Source of the DNA: Macrostomum lignano
Taxonomy: Eukaryota
Assembly: GCA_002269645.1 (NCBI GenBank)
Contig: NIVC01001072.1
Coordinates: 124,001-188,000 of the forward strand
DNA length: 64,000 nucleotides
Direction of reading: 5' to 3'
Shown piece after piece: positions 50,310 through 63,370 of this stretch. Position 1 is the first letter of the stretch. Each line of letters starts with the position of its first letter. The position numbers and the translations under genes are program-made. The notes beneath the pieces are model-generated. The model saw only the letters and a program-made list of their open reading frames with translations. It had not been told where the DNA came from and made no database searches.

Positions 50310-50790
50310 GTTACAGACTCCCACTAATGATGGCGCCACATGACTTGATCTAATGATGGCGCCACAATAAATAGGCCTTATGATGGCGTCACACTGACTC
50401 AGCCTAATGATGGCGCCACAATAAATAGGCCTTATGATTGCGCCACACTGACTCGGCCTAATGATGGCGTCACACTGACTCAGCCTAATGATGGCGCCAC
50501 ACTGACTCAGCCCAATGATTGCGCCACACTCACTTAGCCCAATGATAACGCCACACTGACTCAGCCCAATGATGGCGCCACACTGACTCAGCCCAATGAT
50601 GGCGCCACAATGACTTAATCCAGCAATGGTGCCACAATGATTCGGCCTAATGATGGCGCCAAAATGATTTAACCTAATGATAGCGTCACAATGACTCAGC
50701 CAAATGATGGCGCCACAATGACCCAACCTAATAATGGCGCCACAATGACCCAACCCTAACAATAGCGCAACTATGACTCAGCTTAATGAT
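50310..50790 (+). repeat. 27-bp minisatellite
   Basis: GATGGCGCCACACTGACTCAGCCTAAT units. Confidence 0.9.
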
Positions 50791-51790
50791 GGCGTGAACT
50801 AGAAGAAAATTGAAATCAACAAACAGTGAATAGAGGCCAAGAAGTAATCATTATTCTGCTGAAATTTTCTGCAGCAAAAGTTCATTCACGAATTGCGGCA
50901 AAAAATTAATTTGAATAATAAAACAAATTAATATTTATATATAGATGTATATTTATGAAACTAAGTAGGCAAAACACACACGCGCACTCCATCAAATGAC
51001 GTCAGATATTAGTTATGCATAAATATGTTAGAATTTTATTCAGCAAGCAGGTGTAAGGTAGGGTGGCCTGAACGCATAATAATCAGATCGGCATTAACAG
51101 ACTTATTAACTACAAGAGTGAAACTGTTTTTAATTTGGTTACAAAATAATCAATAAGTCTTGACTTTGTCTTATTTAATAAATTGAAATAGTTAATTATG
51201 AGCGAAAACCTGACAACAGCACCACCGCAATATATATTCATGCTTATGGGTAATTAGCATATTATAATGAGCCCCCCAGCCTAAGCAACACAAAAGACTG
51301 AAATTAATTTGCAAGCTTATGAAGCAAACGAGAGAATATTATATTTCTCATTTAATTTCATAGATTTGTAAGAACAAAAAGGAAAAAATATATAGCTACT
51401 TTTTATTACTAGTAGTAGCATCGATAGTATGCGAAACAAGCATATTTAAGCAGAATAATAGTTGGTTTATTATTAATAAGCAAATTATAACGAAAAAAAG
51501 AGAAAAATGTCAATAATCAATCAACAAGCCAAAGATTATTTTCCAACTGACAATATTGGGGATGGTCAATGGTGTGCAGGGTGCTCTCAACATGCTTAAG
51601 AGTAATACTAATCCACATATTACTATGGTAAAGTAATTTAGTGAAATGTAATTTATTAACACAAACCTACAAGTGGACCAAATCACAATCTGATCAGATA
51701 CTACTAACAAGTAGGTAAGCAGTTTTCAAAGTCTAGCGCAATTCACGAATAGCAATAGATAAATATATGTACTTTTTAATTAGTTAGAAC

Positions 51791-52252
51791 CACAGATACT
51801 AGAATAAGTTCTAGACATTCCACTCAGCACATTTGCGTGCAAACTACTTTCAGTTCAGTAGTAAGTTAAACAGAAGCATTTTAATGTATTTTTAAAGCCA
51901 AGACATTTATTGGTTTTTACCCCCACCCCAGGTCCCAGCTTAAGCCTTCCAACCGCGCCTTTCCACACTACCCCCCGCCCAGCCCCAATTTTTATTGCCT
52001 TTCTCGGAATTCCAGCCTAAAGCTGCCATGTACATTTCAGTGGACTGGCTAATGTACATTATTGCTGAACCAATTAGCAAGATGTTTACGCCTGCAAGCT
52101 TGTGGGCTTCTAAACTTATCAAAGCAATTTCAGCTGCCTTTATTTTTATAAAATAACTTATGTATTCTTCATTGCTACTGAACTGAAAGTAGACAGCTGT
52201 TTTACAAAGTAAATATGCCTGAGTGGCCCATCTAGCTATTTTAGTATCTGTA
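51791..52252 (-). mobile_element. hAT-type MITE family A, copy 2
   Basis: Reverse-complement homologue of 9692-10151; termini CACAGATAC...GTATCTGTA; identical 8-bp flanks GTTAGAAC. Confidence 0.87.
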
Positions 52253-52539
52253 GTTAGAACTGACAAAGAAAGGTGTGTGTGTGATACAAATGATAGGTAA
52301 GTAAGATATAGTACACTAAAAGAGCAGAGCCATTAATATTTTAGACAATTGAGTTACTAAGCAAAATAAAAAACTGAGGAAAACCCGCCAAACAGGGACA
52401 GAGAAAAAACACACAACTATAAATATATATCTGACACAAGTTCAAAGTCATGCACACGGAGAACAGTGAGATACATAGGCAGTAACGCACACCCAATTAC
52501 ACCTAACAGCAGACCACAGTGCTTACATTGGTTATGGGA

Positions 52540-54090
52540 GCTGAGAGCAAATCTCAAGGCGGAACTGAGGGCGATTCTCAAGGCAGAACTGAGAGCGATT
52601 TTCAAGGCAGAACTGAGGGCGATTCTCAAGGCAGAACTGAGGGCGATTCTCAAGGCAGAACTGAGGGCGATTCTCAAGGCAGAACTGAGGGCGATTCTCA
52701 AGGCAGAACTGAGGGCGATTCTCAAGGCAGAACTGAGGGCGATTCTCAAGGCAGAACTGAGAGCGATTTTCAAGGCAGAACTGAGGGCGATTCTCAAGGC
52801 AGAACTGAGGGCGATTCTCAAGGCAGAACTGAGGGCGATTCTCAAGGCAGAACTGAGGGCGATTCTCAAGGCAGAACTGAGGGCGATTCTCAAGGCAGAA
52901 CTGAGAGCGATTTTCAAGGCAGAACTGAGGGCGATTCTCAAGGCAGAACTGAGGGCGATTCTCAAGGCAGAACTGAGGGCGATTCTCAAGGCAGAACTGA
53001 GGGCGATTCTCAAGGCAGAACTGAGGGCGATTCTCAAGGCAGAACTGAGGGCGATTCTCAAGGCAGAACTGAGGGCGATTCTCAAGGCAGAACTGAAGGT
53101 GAATCTCAAGACAGAACTGAGGGCGATTCTCAAGGCAGAACTGAGGGCGATTCTCAAGGCAGAACTGAGGGCGATTCTCAAGGCAGAACTGAGGGCGATT
53201 CTCAAGGCAGAACTGAGGGCGATTCTCAAGGCAGAACTGAGGGCGATTCTCAAGGCAGAACTGAAGGTGAATCTCAAGACAGAACTGAGGGCGATTCTCA
53301 AGGCAGAACTGAGGGCGAATCTCAAGGCAGAACTGAGGGCGATTCTCAAGGCAGAACTGAAGGTGAATCTCAAGACAGAACTGAGGGCGATTCTCAAGGC
53401 AGAACTGAGGGCGATTCTCAAGGCAGAACTGAGGGCGATTCTCAAGGCAGAACTGAGGGCGATTCTCAAGGCAGAACTGAGGGCGATTCTCAAGGCAGAA
53501 CTGAGGGCGATTCTCAAGGCAGAACTGAAGGTGAATCTCAAGACAGAACTGAGGGCGATTCTCAAGGCAGAACTGAGGGCGATTCTCAAGGCAGAACTGA
53601 GGGCGATTCTCAAGGCAGAACTGAGGGCGATTCTCAAGGCAGAACTGAGGGCGATTCTCAAGGCAGAACTGAAGGTGAATCTCAAGACAGAACTGAGGGC
53701 GATTCTCAAGGCAGAACTGAGGGCGATTCTCAAGGCAGAACTGAAGGTGAATCTCAAGACAGAACTGAGGGCGATTCTCAAGGCAGAACTGAGGGCGATT
53801 CTCAAGGCAGAACTGAGGGCGATTCTCAAGGCAGAACTGAGGGCGATTCTCAAGGCAGAACTGAGGGCGAATCTCCTATGGGAACTGAGGGCGAATCTTC
53901 TATGGGAACTGAGGGCGATTCTCAAGGCAGAACTGAGGGCGAATCCCCTATGGGAACTGAGGGCGAATCTCCTATGGGAACTGAGGGCGAATCTCCTATG
54001 GGAACTGAGGGCGAATCTCCTATGGGAACTGAGGGCGAATCTCCTATGAGAACTGAGGGCGAATCTCCTATGGGAACTGAGGGCGAATCT
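52540..54090 (+). repeat. 24-bp minisatellite, about 64 copies
   Basis: Unit GCAGAACTGAGGGCGATTCTCAAG, with position-dependent variants. Confidence 0.97.
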
Positions 54091-54336
54091 CTAAGGGATT
54101 ACCAGATTTCATGGATCTAGCACAAATTAGCAAACATGAACACAAAAAAGACATTATTAATAATTATACGAATAAAATTACTGGGTTTCAATAGCGCGGT
54201 GTTACGTAAATTACCAGATTTTAATAGGCATCATATTTTTCGCGAAAAAAAAGAATAAAAATAAATGTCAGATTTGACGCCAGTTTGAAGTGTCCCAGAA
54301 TCCAATCAGTGATAAGGCGCCGCAGTCTATATAATT

Positions 54337-57300
54337 TCACAGGATAAACTTGCCAACAATGAGGCCCAACACTAGGGCCAATACCAGGAACAGGACAGGC
54401 GGCAGGGCCAGCACAGATTGCTGCTGCTGTTGCTGCATTTGGCCCATTGAAGCCTCGGACTGCTGCTGCTGCTGCTGCAAGTCGCTAGATTTGGTGTCCC
54501 GCATAGCCAGCTTTCGGAGCCGCAGCTCCTGCTCCTGCAGTCTGGCATTGTCGTCTTTTAGGCGTTGAATCTCCGACTGTAGGCTGCGCAGCGAATCCGG
54601 ACTGCCGGCCGCGGCGGCTGACGGGGCCGACGGCTCCTTTCTTGGCGCAGTCGGGCTGCTGCCGTCCTGCTGCTGCTTTTGCGGCTGCTTCGCCGCGGCT
54701 TGCTGCTGCTGCTGTTGGTTCTGCTTTTCTCCGGCTGGCGAAGGCGTAGAAGTGGCGGTCGACTGGTTTGTGGGGTCCGCGCGGGCCTGGTCTGTACCGG
54801 GATCCAGGACCACCTGTGGGTTGATGGGGTATTAATGAGCGGAGTGAGGGATTTAGCGGCGAAAATGAAGGCGATTTCAATGGGATAGTAGCAATTCCAA
54901 TGGGATTAGTGGCAATTTCAATGGGATTAGTGGCAATTCTATGGGATTAGTGGCAATTCTATGGGATTAGTGGCAATTCTAATGGGATTAGTGGCAATTC
55001 CAATGGGATAAGTGGCAATTCCAATGGGATTAGTGGCAATTCCAATGGGATAAGTGGCAATTCCAATGGGATTAGTGGCAATTCTAATGGGATTAGTGGC
55101 AATTCTATGGGATTAGTGGCAATTCCAATGGGATAAGTGGCAATTCCATGGGATTAGTGGCAATTCTAATGGGATTAGTGGCAATTCCAATGGGATTAGT
55201 GGCAATTCTAATGGGATTAGTGGCAATTCTATGGATTAGTGGCAATTCCAATGGGATAAGTGGCAATTCCATGGGATTAGTGGCAATTCTAATGGGATTA
55301 GTGGCAATTCCAATAGGATTAGTGGCAATTCCAATGGGATTAGTGGCAATTCTATGGGATTAGTGGCAAATCCAATGGGATTAGTGGCAATTCCATGGGG
55401 ATTAGTGGCAATTCCATGGGATTAGTGGCAATTCCAAAGGGATTAGTGGCAATTCTATGGGATTAGTGGCAATTCTATGGGATTAGTGGCAATTCCATGG
55501 GATTAGTGGCAATTCCAATGGGATTAGTAGCAATTCCATGGGGATTAGTGGCAATTCTATGGGATTAGTGGCAATTCCAATGGGATAAGTGGCAATTCCA
55601 TGGGATTAGTGGCAATTCTAATGGGATTAGTGGCAATTCCAATGGGATTAGTGGCAATTCTAATGGGATTAGTGGCAATTCTATGGGATTAGTGGCAATT
55701 CCAATGGGATAAGTGGCAATTCCATGGGATTAGTGGCAATTCTAATGGGATTAGTGGCAATTCCAATAGGATTAGTGGCAATTCCAATGGGATTAGTGGC
55801 AATTCTATGGGATTAGTGGCAAATCCAATGGGATTAGTGGCAATTCCATGGGGATTAGTGGCAATTCCATGGGATTAGTGGCAATTCCAAAGGGATTAGT
55901 GGCAATTCTATGGGATTAGTGGCAATTCTATGGGATTAGTGGCAATTCCATGGGATTAGTGGCAATTCCAATGGGATTAGTAGCAATTCCATGGGGATTA
56001 GTGGCAATTCCATGGGATTAGTGGCAATTCCATGGGATTAGTGGCAATTCTATGGGATTAGTGGCAATTCCAAATGGATTAGTGGCAATTCTATGGGATT
56101 AGTGGCAATTCTATGGGATTAGTGGCAATTCTATGGGATTAGTGGCAATTCCAATGGGATTAGTGGCAATTCTATGGGATTAGTGGCAATTCTATGGGAT
56201 TAGTGGCAATTCTATGGGATTAGTGGCAATTCTATGGGATTAGTGGCAATTCCAATGGGATTAGTGGCAATTCTAATGGGATTAGTGGCAATTCTATGGG
56301 ATTAGTGGCAATTCCAATGGGATTAGTAGCAATTCCAATGGGATTAGTGGCAATTTCAATGGGATTAGTGGCAATTCCAAAGGGATTAGTGGCAATTCTA
56401 TGGGATTAGTGGCAATTCTATGGGATTAGTGCCAATTCTATGGGATTAGTGCCAATTCCATGGGGATTAGTGGCATTTAATGGGGATTATATAGCGGAAT
56501 TCCATGGAGATTAGTGGCATTTAATGGGGTTTAGCGCATTTAATACGGATTAGCGGAAATTCCAAGAGGATTAGCGAAAGTTCCATGGGGATTAGTGGTA
56601 ATTTCAAAGGGATTAGGAGCGATTCAGAAGGGCAGATTAGATTAAAGAAAGATTTAGTACTGAAAGTCCAATGGGATAAACTGCACAAAGAGACCCGTCT
56701 GTCACAAACCTTCAACTTGGAGTCCATCAGAGTCTCAGCCGTGGCAGATTTCCACAGTTCGTCCAGGCTTTCAACTGCGCCCGATTTCACCAGCAGGCTT
56801 TGAACCATGAATTTGTGGCGCGCCTTCTCGGCTGGATCGTATTCGAACGGTTGCAGCATGACGGCCACCTCCACTTCGCTATTGGGCTGCACAAGCCCGC
56901 TGTTCGGCCTGACGCAGTACCGCTTTGGCGCCGTCGTCTTTACCTGCGTTAAATCGGCGAGATCTGGGAGATAGAGATCTGGGAGGTGGGATCTGGGAGA
57001 TGGAGATCTGGGAGGTGGGGATCTGGGAGGTGGGGATCTGGGTCCTGGGAGGTGGGGATCTGGGAGATGGAGATCTGGGAGGTGGGGATCTGGGAGATGG
57101 AGATCTGGGAGGTGGGGATCTGGGAGATGGAGATCTGGGAGGTGGGGATCTGGGAGGTGGAGATCTGGGAGATGGGGATCTGGGAGATGGAGATCTGGGA
57201 GGTGGGGATCTGGGAGGTGGGGATCTGGGAGGTAGGGATCTGGGAGGTAGGGATCTGGGAGGTAGGGATCTGGGAGGTAGGGATCTGGGAGGTAGGGATC

Positions 57301-57952
57301 TGGGAGGTGGAGATCTGGGAGGTGGGGATCTGGGAGGTGGGGATCTGGGAGGTGGGGATCTGGGAGGTGGGGATCTGGGAGGTGGGGATCTTGGAGGTGG
57401 AGATCTACGAGATGGGATTTGGGAAGATAGTTGACATCAGGGAGGCTGGCCCAGCAACTGAGGATCTGGGAGGCTGGCCCAGCAACTGAGGATCTGGGAG
57501 GCTGGCCCAGCAACTGAGGATCTGGGAGGCTGGCCCAGCAACTGAGGATCTGGGAGGCTGGCCCAGCAACTGAGGATCTGGGAGGCTGGCCCAGCAACTG
57601 AGGATCTGGGAGGCTGGCCCAGCAACTGAGGATCTGGGAGGCTGGCATAGCAACTGAGAATCTGGGAGGCTGGCCCGGCAACTGAGAATCTGGGAGGCTG
57701 GCCAAGCAACTGAGGATCTGGGAGGCTGTGGCCCAGCAACTGACGCTCTGGGAGGCTGGCCCAGCAACTGAGGATCTGGGAGGCCCCAAGGCCCGAGAGT
57801 CATAAACAGGTAGCAGATAGAGCATTCACCTTGAAGGCCACAACATCGGACCCCGGGTTGCGCAGTCGCAGAGTCGAAGTCACAACCTTGTCAAAGGGAC
57901 CACGGAAGGTCAGCTCCAACTCCGGCTTGATCTGCAGAATCTGGGTAGGCAT
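54337..57952 (-). CDS. VAP: VAMP-associated protein paralogue B (canonical), 3 exons, 277 aa
   Basis: Exons 57952-57830, 56943-56710, 54813-54337. Canonical signature FK|[29 protein letters not shown]; coiled coil; [14 protein letters not shown]. Confidence 0.93.
54875..56620 (+). repeat. 20/21-bp minisatellite, VAP-B intron 2
   Basis: ATGGGATTAGTGGCAATTC(C/T) units over about 1.7 kb. Confidence 0.96.
56960..57785 (-). repeat. 15-bp array plus 28-bp family array, VAP-B intron 1
   Basis: GATCTGGGAGGTGGG units 56960-57420, then GATCTGGGAGGCTGGCCCAGCAACTGAG units 57440-57785 (reverse complement of the iGluR-intron family). Confidence 0.95.
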
Positions 57953-59379
57953 GCCGATATCGAAAGTTGCTTGCTGATCGCAGAAACATAAAGATGAAGA
58001 AGAGTGCAAAGGATTTTCCATGCAAGCGAGCCTTAGGGGTTTTATATCACCTAGATTTTTAGTTATGTGGCTGTGCCAGCGACACCAGTGTAAAAAAGTG
58101 TTCAGTGTTAATAGATGATGAAGTCATGACTCATTTCATTTAATTAGTCATAAAATTGTAATCATGAACTTATTTACATTAGGCAAATAAGTGACAAAAA
58201 TTCCTTTTCTACTAATTTTTTGGCAGAAGAAAATTAAAAAATTACATGATTTTGCTTTCTAATGCTTTTACAATAATTAGCAAAAAATAACTTTTGAAGG
58301 AAAAGGCTTGCATTAATAATGAATGAAATATGCATAAAAATTGCCTTTTTAATTTATTTAATAAACAAGTAGCTCAAATTTAAATTTTTTAAATTTTCTT
58401 TTACAAATAAAAATATAAAAACCAACATCATTTTATTGGCCAAAATAGTTTATATTTCTTAACATATTTTAGACCCCAATCATAATCTTCATACATAATA
58501 GTATACTAGATTAATAGTATACCAGATGGTATCAATATTCATTTTTAGACAAGGTATAATAACAAACTATTATAAGTTTTGTCTAGAAAATCTAGATCTT
58601 TATTATGTAAAAAAAAAGAACAAAACCTTTAACATTCAAGAAGGAAATAAGAATAAATATTAGACTGCTACCAGAATACATTAGACCACTAGGCCTACCA
58701 AAGTATAATAGACCACTATTAGAATACTTTAGACTGCTATTAGCAATGCTACCAAAAATGTGTTAAAGTGCATTTTATAGTAGATTTATAAAAATAGATT
58801 ATTAGGCCCTATATCCTAAAAAAGAATGGGCTCTTTTATATATTAAAAGGTCAATAGCCAACTATTAAGACATAATTGAATAAGGGGTTTAAAGATAAAG
58901 AGACTTAAAATTTGAATAGAAACATAAACCTAAGCCCCTATTCAAGATTAGATTGATGTTGATTAATAATTCTAGCCTATAGTATATAAAAAGCCTAAAA
59001 TAGATTGAAAACTAGATATCTAAATTTTATATCTTCTATATAAAATAATTTTTTTTGTAAATAAAATATGTATAAAACCCTAAAATGGTTCTACCAAAGC
59101 TAGGCCTATATAGTATACAAGCTGCTAAAACCCGCAGATTTTGAACCCAGGGAATTCCAATCCCCGGAACTATTTTTGCATATATTGAGATTAAACTCAA
59201 ACAAAAACATTTGTTTTTGTTTGAGTTAGAGTTAATAACAATAATAGAGTTAATAGAGTTTGGATAGAGTTAAACATAAAATAGAGTACATTTGTGTAAA
59301 ATTAGGATTTAAGGCAAACATTGATATTGTTGGCTGGGGTGCTGCATAGAATGTCAGGAAAACTCTGGCCTCTACCTCT

Positions 59380-59856
59380 GCCTCTCCCTATGTCCCTTGC
59401 ATCTTTTGAAACTTCTTTCTTCTCTTCTGTTTTCTCACTTCTCTCTTGTCTCTTCTTTCTCCTCTCATCTCTTCTTTCTTCTCTCCTCTGTCCCCTCTTC
59501 TTTTGTCTTTTCCCTCTATTTGTTTCTCTCTTCTTTCCTCTCTTCTCTCTCATCTCTGCTCTTTCATCTCTGCTTTCTCCTCTTTTATCTCTTCTCATTT
59601 CTCTCTGCTCTCTCTCTTCTCTCTTTTCTCTCTCTGCTCTCTACTCTCTCTTCCCTCTCCTCTCCTCTATTCTCACTCATTACATTACTCTCTCAACACT
59701 TCCCTTATCTCTCCTCTTCCCTTATCTCTCCTCTCTCCTTTCTCTTCTCTTCACTCTCTCCTCTCATCTCTTCTATCGTCTCTTTCCTTAACTCTCTTTG
59801 CTCTCTTATCTTTCTTTTCTCTTCTTTTATCTTTTCTCTCTTATCTCTTCTCATTT

Positions 59857-59917
<61 letters not shown>

Positions 59918-60229
59918 GCTCTCTCCTGTCTCATCTCTCTTCTCCTCTCTAATCTCTCCCCTCTCCTCTCATATATCATCTGTTCACTCTCATCTTTGCT
60001 CTCTCACCCCCTCTTTCTTCTGTCATCTCTACTTTCCTCTCTCCTGTGTACTCTTCTCTTTCCCCTCTTTCCTTACTCCTCTTTTCTCTTCCCTCTTCTT
60101 TACTCTCTCCACTCTATTCTCTTCTCTCGTCTCTTTGCACTCTGCTCTCTCCTCCTTCATCTCTCATCTCTACTCTCTCATCTCTCCTTTTCTCTCTCTT
60201 ATCTTTACAATCTAATTTCTTTCCTCTCT
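59380..60229 (+). repeat. CT-rich low-complexity tract
   Basis: Polypyrimidine tract including a perfect (TC)n stretch; similar tract at 61830-62150. Confidence 0.9.
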
Positions 60230-60528
60230 CATACATGCGCAACAGTCGGCCGAGTCGGCCGATCCGGCCGACCGATTTGGCGGCCAACCAAGGAAGTCGC
60301 AAAAATGCCCACCCGAAAAAATAACCAAATAGTAGTACTAAGTAGCTGACGAGGCATTTTGGATTAATAACACAGTTATAGTTACTCCTGCCGTTTACCT
60401 AAAGTTGCGTTAATTTTGCTTTAGGGTTTTTTTTACATGTAAGTCGCATTTTTGGCCAAAAACTACGTCGCATTTTTGTTAAAACTAAGTCGCATGGCCG
60501 ACCAAATTTTGGAGGTTGCGCATGTATG
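60230..60528. mobile_element. hAT-type MITE family C (299 bp)
   Basis: 14-bp TIR CATACATGCGCAAC/GTTGCGCATGTATG; perfect 8-bp TSD TCCTCTCT on both sides. Confidence 0.88.
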
Positions 60529-62929
60529 TCCTCTCTCCTCCTCTTCCCTTTACTCTATCTCTCCTTTCTCCTCTTTTCTTTCTCCCTATTGGAATAAGTG
60601 GTATTTTCGCGGACGGCGTCCGGCGCACTTTTTCTTTTTCCTCATAGTCATGGCGCATGGCGCGCTACGCGCGCCATGCGCCATGACGCACAGCAGCTCA
60701 CAGGTAAGATGCAAGGAGGACATCACGCGCTACATACAGCGCTGCTGAACAAGGATGAGAAGCATGCACAGGAGAAAGTCAGCAGCACGGTGGAAATTCA
60801 GCAAACTGTAAGTAAAACTTGTTTTTCTAATTTCTATAACTTTGATAATATTGCTATGGGCTATAGTATAGCATATCTCCTATCATATGTATTGATTGCT
60901 GTGTCATCTAGAATATGCATGCAAGTTAATCGTAAAATTGGAAATTGTAGTTGAAAGATCGCAGCAGAAATGTTCTTTATTGCCTCATAAACATTATAAC
61001 ATAGTGCCAAATGCTAATTGCTCTTAATGTTCTCTTATAACGCAGTTGCAAGAAATAAAAAAGTAAACTAAATTCTATTAAAAGTCTCAACAAATTTTCT
61101 GCTTTGTTTAATTATCTTTTTGATTGGTTGCGCGTACATTTATTTATGCTGACATTTAAATGTGAAAATATTCTTCGAAACACCATGCTAAATAGTTATC
61201 AGATTTGATAACCCGACCCGAGCCAAAGTGCTACAACTACTACTGAAAAAGTGTGTGGATAAGGCAAAGACAATTTTGTTTGTTCGTGAACTCTGTGTTG
61301 TTCATCACGGAGTTTCTTCATTTTGTATTAACCGATTAGCCAAATTGAAGTAAAGGGTTTCAGTGTTCGTAATTATTTTAAGTACTCACTGATGCAATTG
61401 CCACACTATTTACATTATTTATTTTTCTTTGAATAGACCAACAATGTAACTTTGTAAGTCAAAAGACGAGTAGACTAAGAATTAAGAAATAGATACAACT
61501 ACAACAGAAGGGGGCAGAAGTACAGTACAGAACAGAGTGCAGTAAAACACAAGTGCGGTAAAACACACAACTTTCTCTCAATCTCTTTAAATCTCTCAAA
61601 AACGAGTGATGCATCATCAGAATGAACATGATAGAGACTGGAGTCATGCACAATATCACCTAAACCTAGAGTGCTATGGCACCCTAGGATTTGAAGATTT
61701 GAATGACACATCGTCCATACCACCTTAGGATTTGAAGATTGTCATGACGCACCGTCCAGGCCACTTTATGATTGCCATGGCGCACTAGATGCACTGTCCA
61801 CAGTGTCTGAAAACTTATTCCAATAGGGTTCTTTCTCAACTCTTTCTCTTTCTCTCTCTCTCTCATCTTTATCTTTTCTCTTCTCACTCCTCTCTCCCCC
61901 TCTTATCTCCTCTCCTCGATCCTTTCTAATCTCTCCTCTCAATCCTCTCCTCTCTTATCAATCCTGTCTTCTCTCTCCCTCTTCTCACCTCTACTCTTTC
62001 CTCTCTCCCCTCCTCTCGCTTTTTCCTCGCATATTCTCTGCTCACTCCTTACCTCCTCATATCTCTTGTTATCTTCTATTATTTCTATTATTTTTCTTAT
62101 TCCCTTTTTGCCCTTCCTTCTCTTTCTAATAGTCTATTCTTTTTCTTTTCCACTCTTATCTGGCCTATACCCATGAGCTGGATTTTTTATCTGGCCTTTG
62201 AAGTAAAAATCTACCGATCCTGCTTCGAAAGCCAGTTTTTGGGACATAGTTGTTATCATTTTTCATCCTTTAATCATGTCATTTTTCTGGCCAATTAGTA
62301 GCCCTGAGAGGAATCTCTAGCTCCACGAACACTACCACAGTCTGCAGCAGTCTAACAACGAAGGACATGTATGCATTTCTTAGGAGCCATTTAAATTTTA
62401 AAGTACTTTATACGAAACTTAATGTTAAAAGTTTCATGGTGTAACTAATTTAGAAGGATTGCATCGTAATCAGTTGTTTAAAAATTTTTCGCTATTTTTA
62501 CAAATACAAACCATCCTGCTGCCTACATTGCCTTGGTTTGCCGCTGCTACAGACTTGTCCATACAAAGGACAGTGGTTTGAATCTCTCACTAAACTGTCA
62601 TGGCTAAACGCAGCCTCTCCACGTGGAGGGGGGGTGCAGAGAAGGCTATTAAAAAGTTATTCCAAAACACTGTACATTTGCTATGTTACATTCAGCCCTA
62701 TCACCTGACCCTTTGTCTGGGCTGGTGCTGGGAAAGTGAGCAGCCCAAACAACAGAAAAAGCAGACAAACTTCACATGCTTATAGTTTCTTTTTTGGTTG
62801 AGTTACAGAGTTGAAACTTAACATTTAGATAGAGAATGAGTCAATGAAGAATTGTATCAAGTTTAAAGTCAATCGCTTTACGTGGAGCAAACTTATGGCA
62901 GCTAAAAGTTAGTCAATTTTGAAACCCCT

Positions 62930-63370
62930 TTTACACATCTAGGCCCAGATCGGGAAAGAGAGGCAGGCGGGCGGAGGTTGGGGTGGTTGCTATGCTGAAA
63001 AAAACAGCCTAACTTTAAAAGTGCACAGCACAGCTCAGGATTAACTTTGAGACTCGAAATTTTACATGATTGTGCTAAAATAGTTGAAGATTGTTTGTGT
63101 CAAATTTAAAGAGAATCGGTAAAAGTGGAGCGGCGCTAGGGGCCTATGGAGAATTTAGTGAAAAAATCACAAATTTTGAGCAGTTTTTTGTATTTTTAGA
63201 TAGGAAGACTTGAGTCTAGGAAATTTAAAGGTAGTCTAAGACATTCTCTGTAGTAAGTTTAGGGTGGGTGTAAAGTTTGGTATCATTTGGTTGAGCAGTT
63301 TGGGAGTCCATAGTGAAGTAATTTGTCTACAGACAGACAGACAGAGTTTTAATTTTTATATGTAGAGATT
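62930..63370 (+). mobile_element. Possible Helentron-associated (HINE/Lep1-like) non-autonomous element
   Basis: Ends in (ACAG)n followed by AGTTTTAATTTTTATATGTAGAGATT, a layout recalled from Lep1/DINE-like elements; not verified. Confidence 0.3.

Noticed and set aside
52417-54120. 500-aa ORFs as real coiled-coil or antifreeze proteins
   Set aside because: Several frames are open only because the 24-bp unit lacks stops. There is no credible start, signal peptide or synonymous-site bias. Kept only as a low-interest finding.
56925-57489. GGGDL / LPDPH repeat ORFs as a glycine-rich protein or a VAP N-terminal extension
   Set aside because: The region lies between a good donor (57829) and acceptor (56944) of VAP-B; the MSP domain is contiguous only when it is spliced out.
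58050-59300. AT-rich region upstream of VAP-B as organellar or foreign DNA
   Set aside because: No gene-like content was recognised; consistent with ordinary intergenic or promoter DNA.
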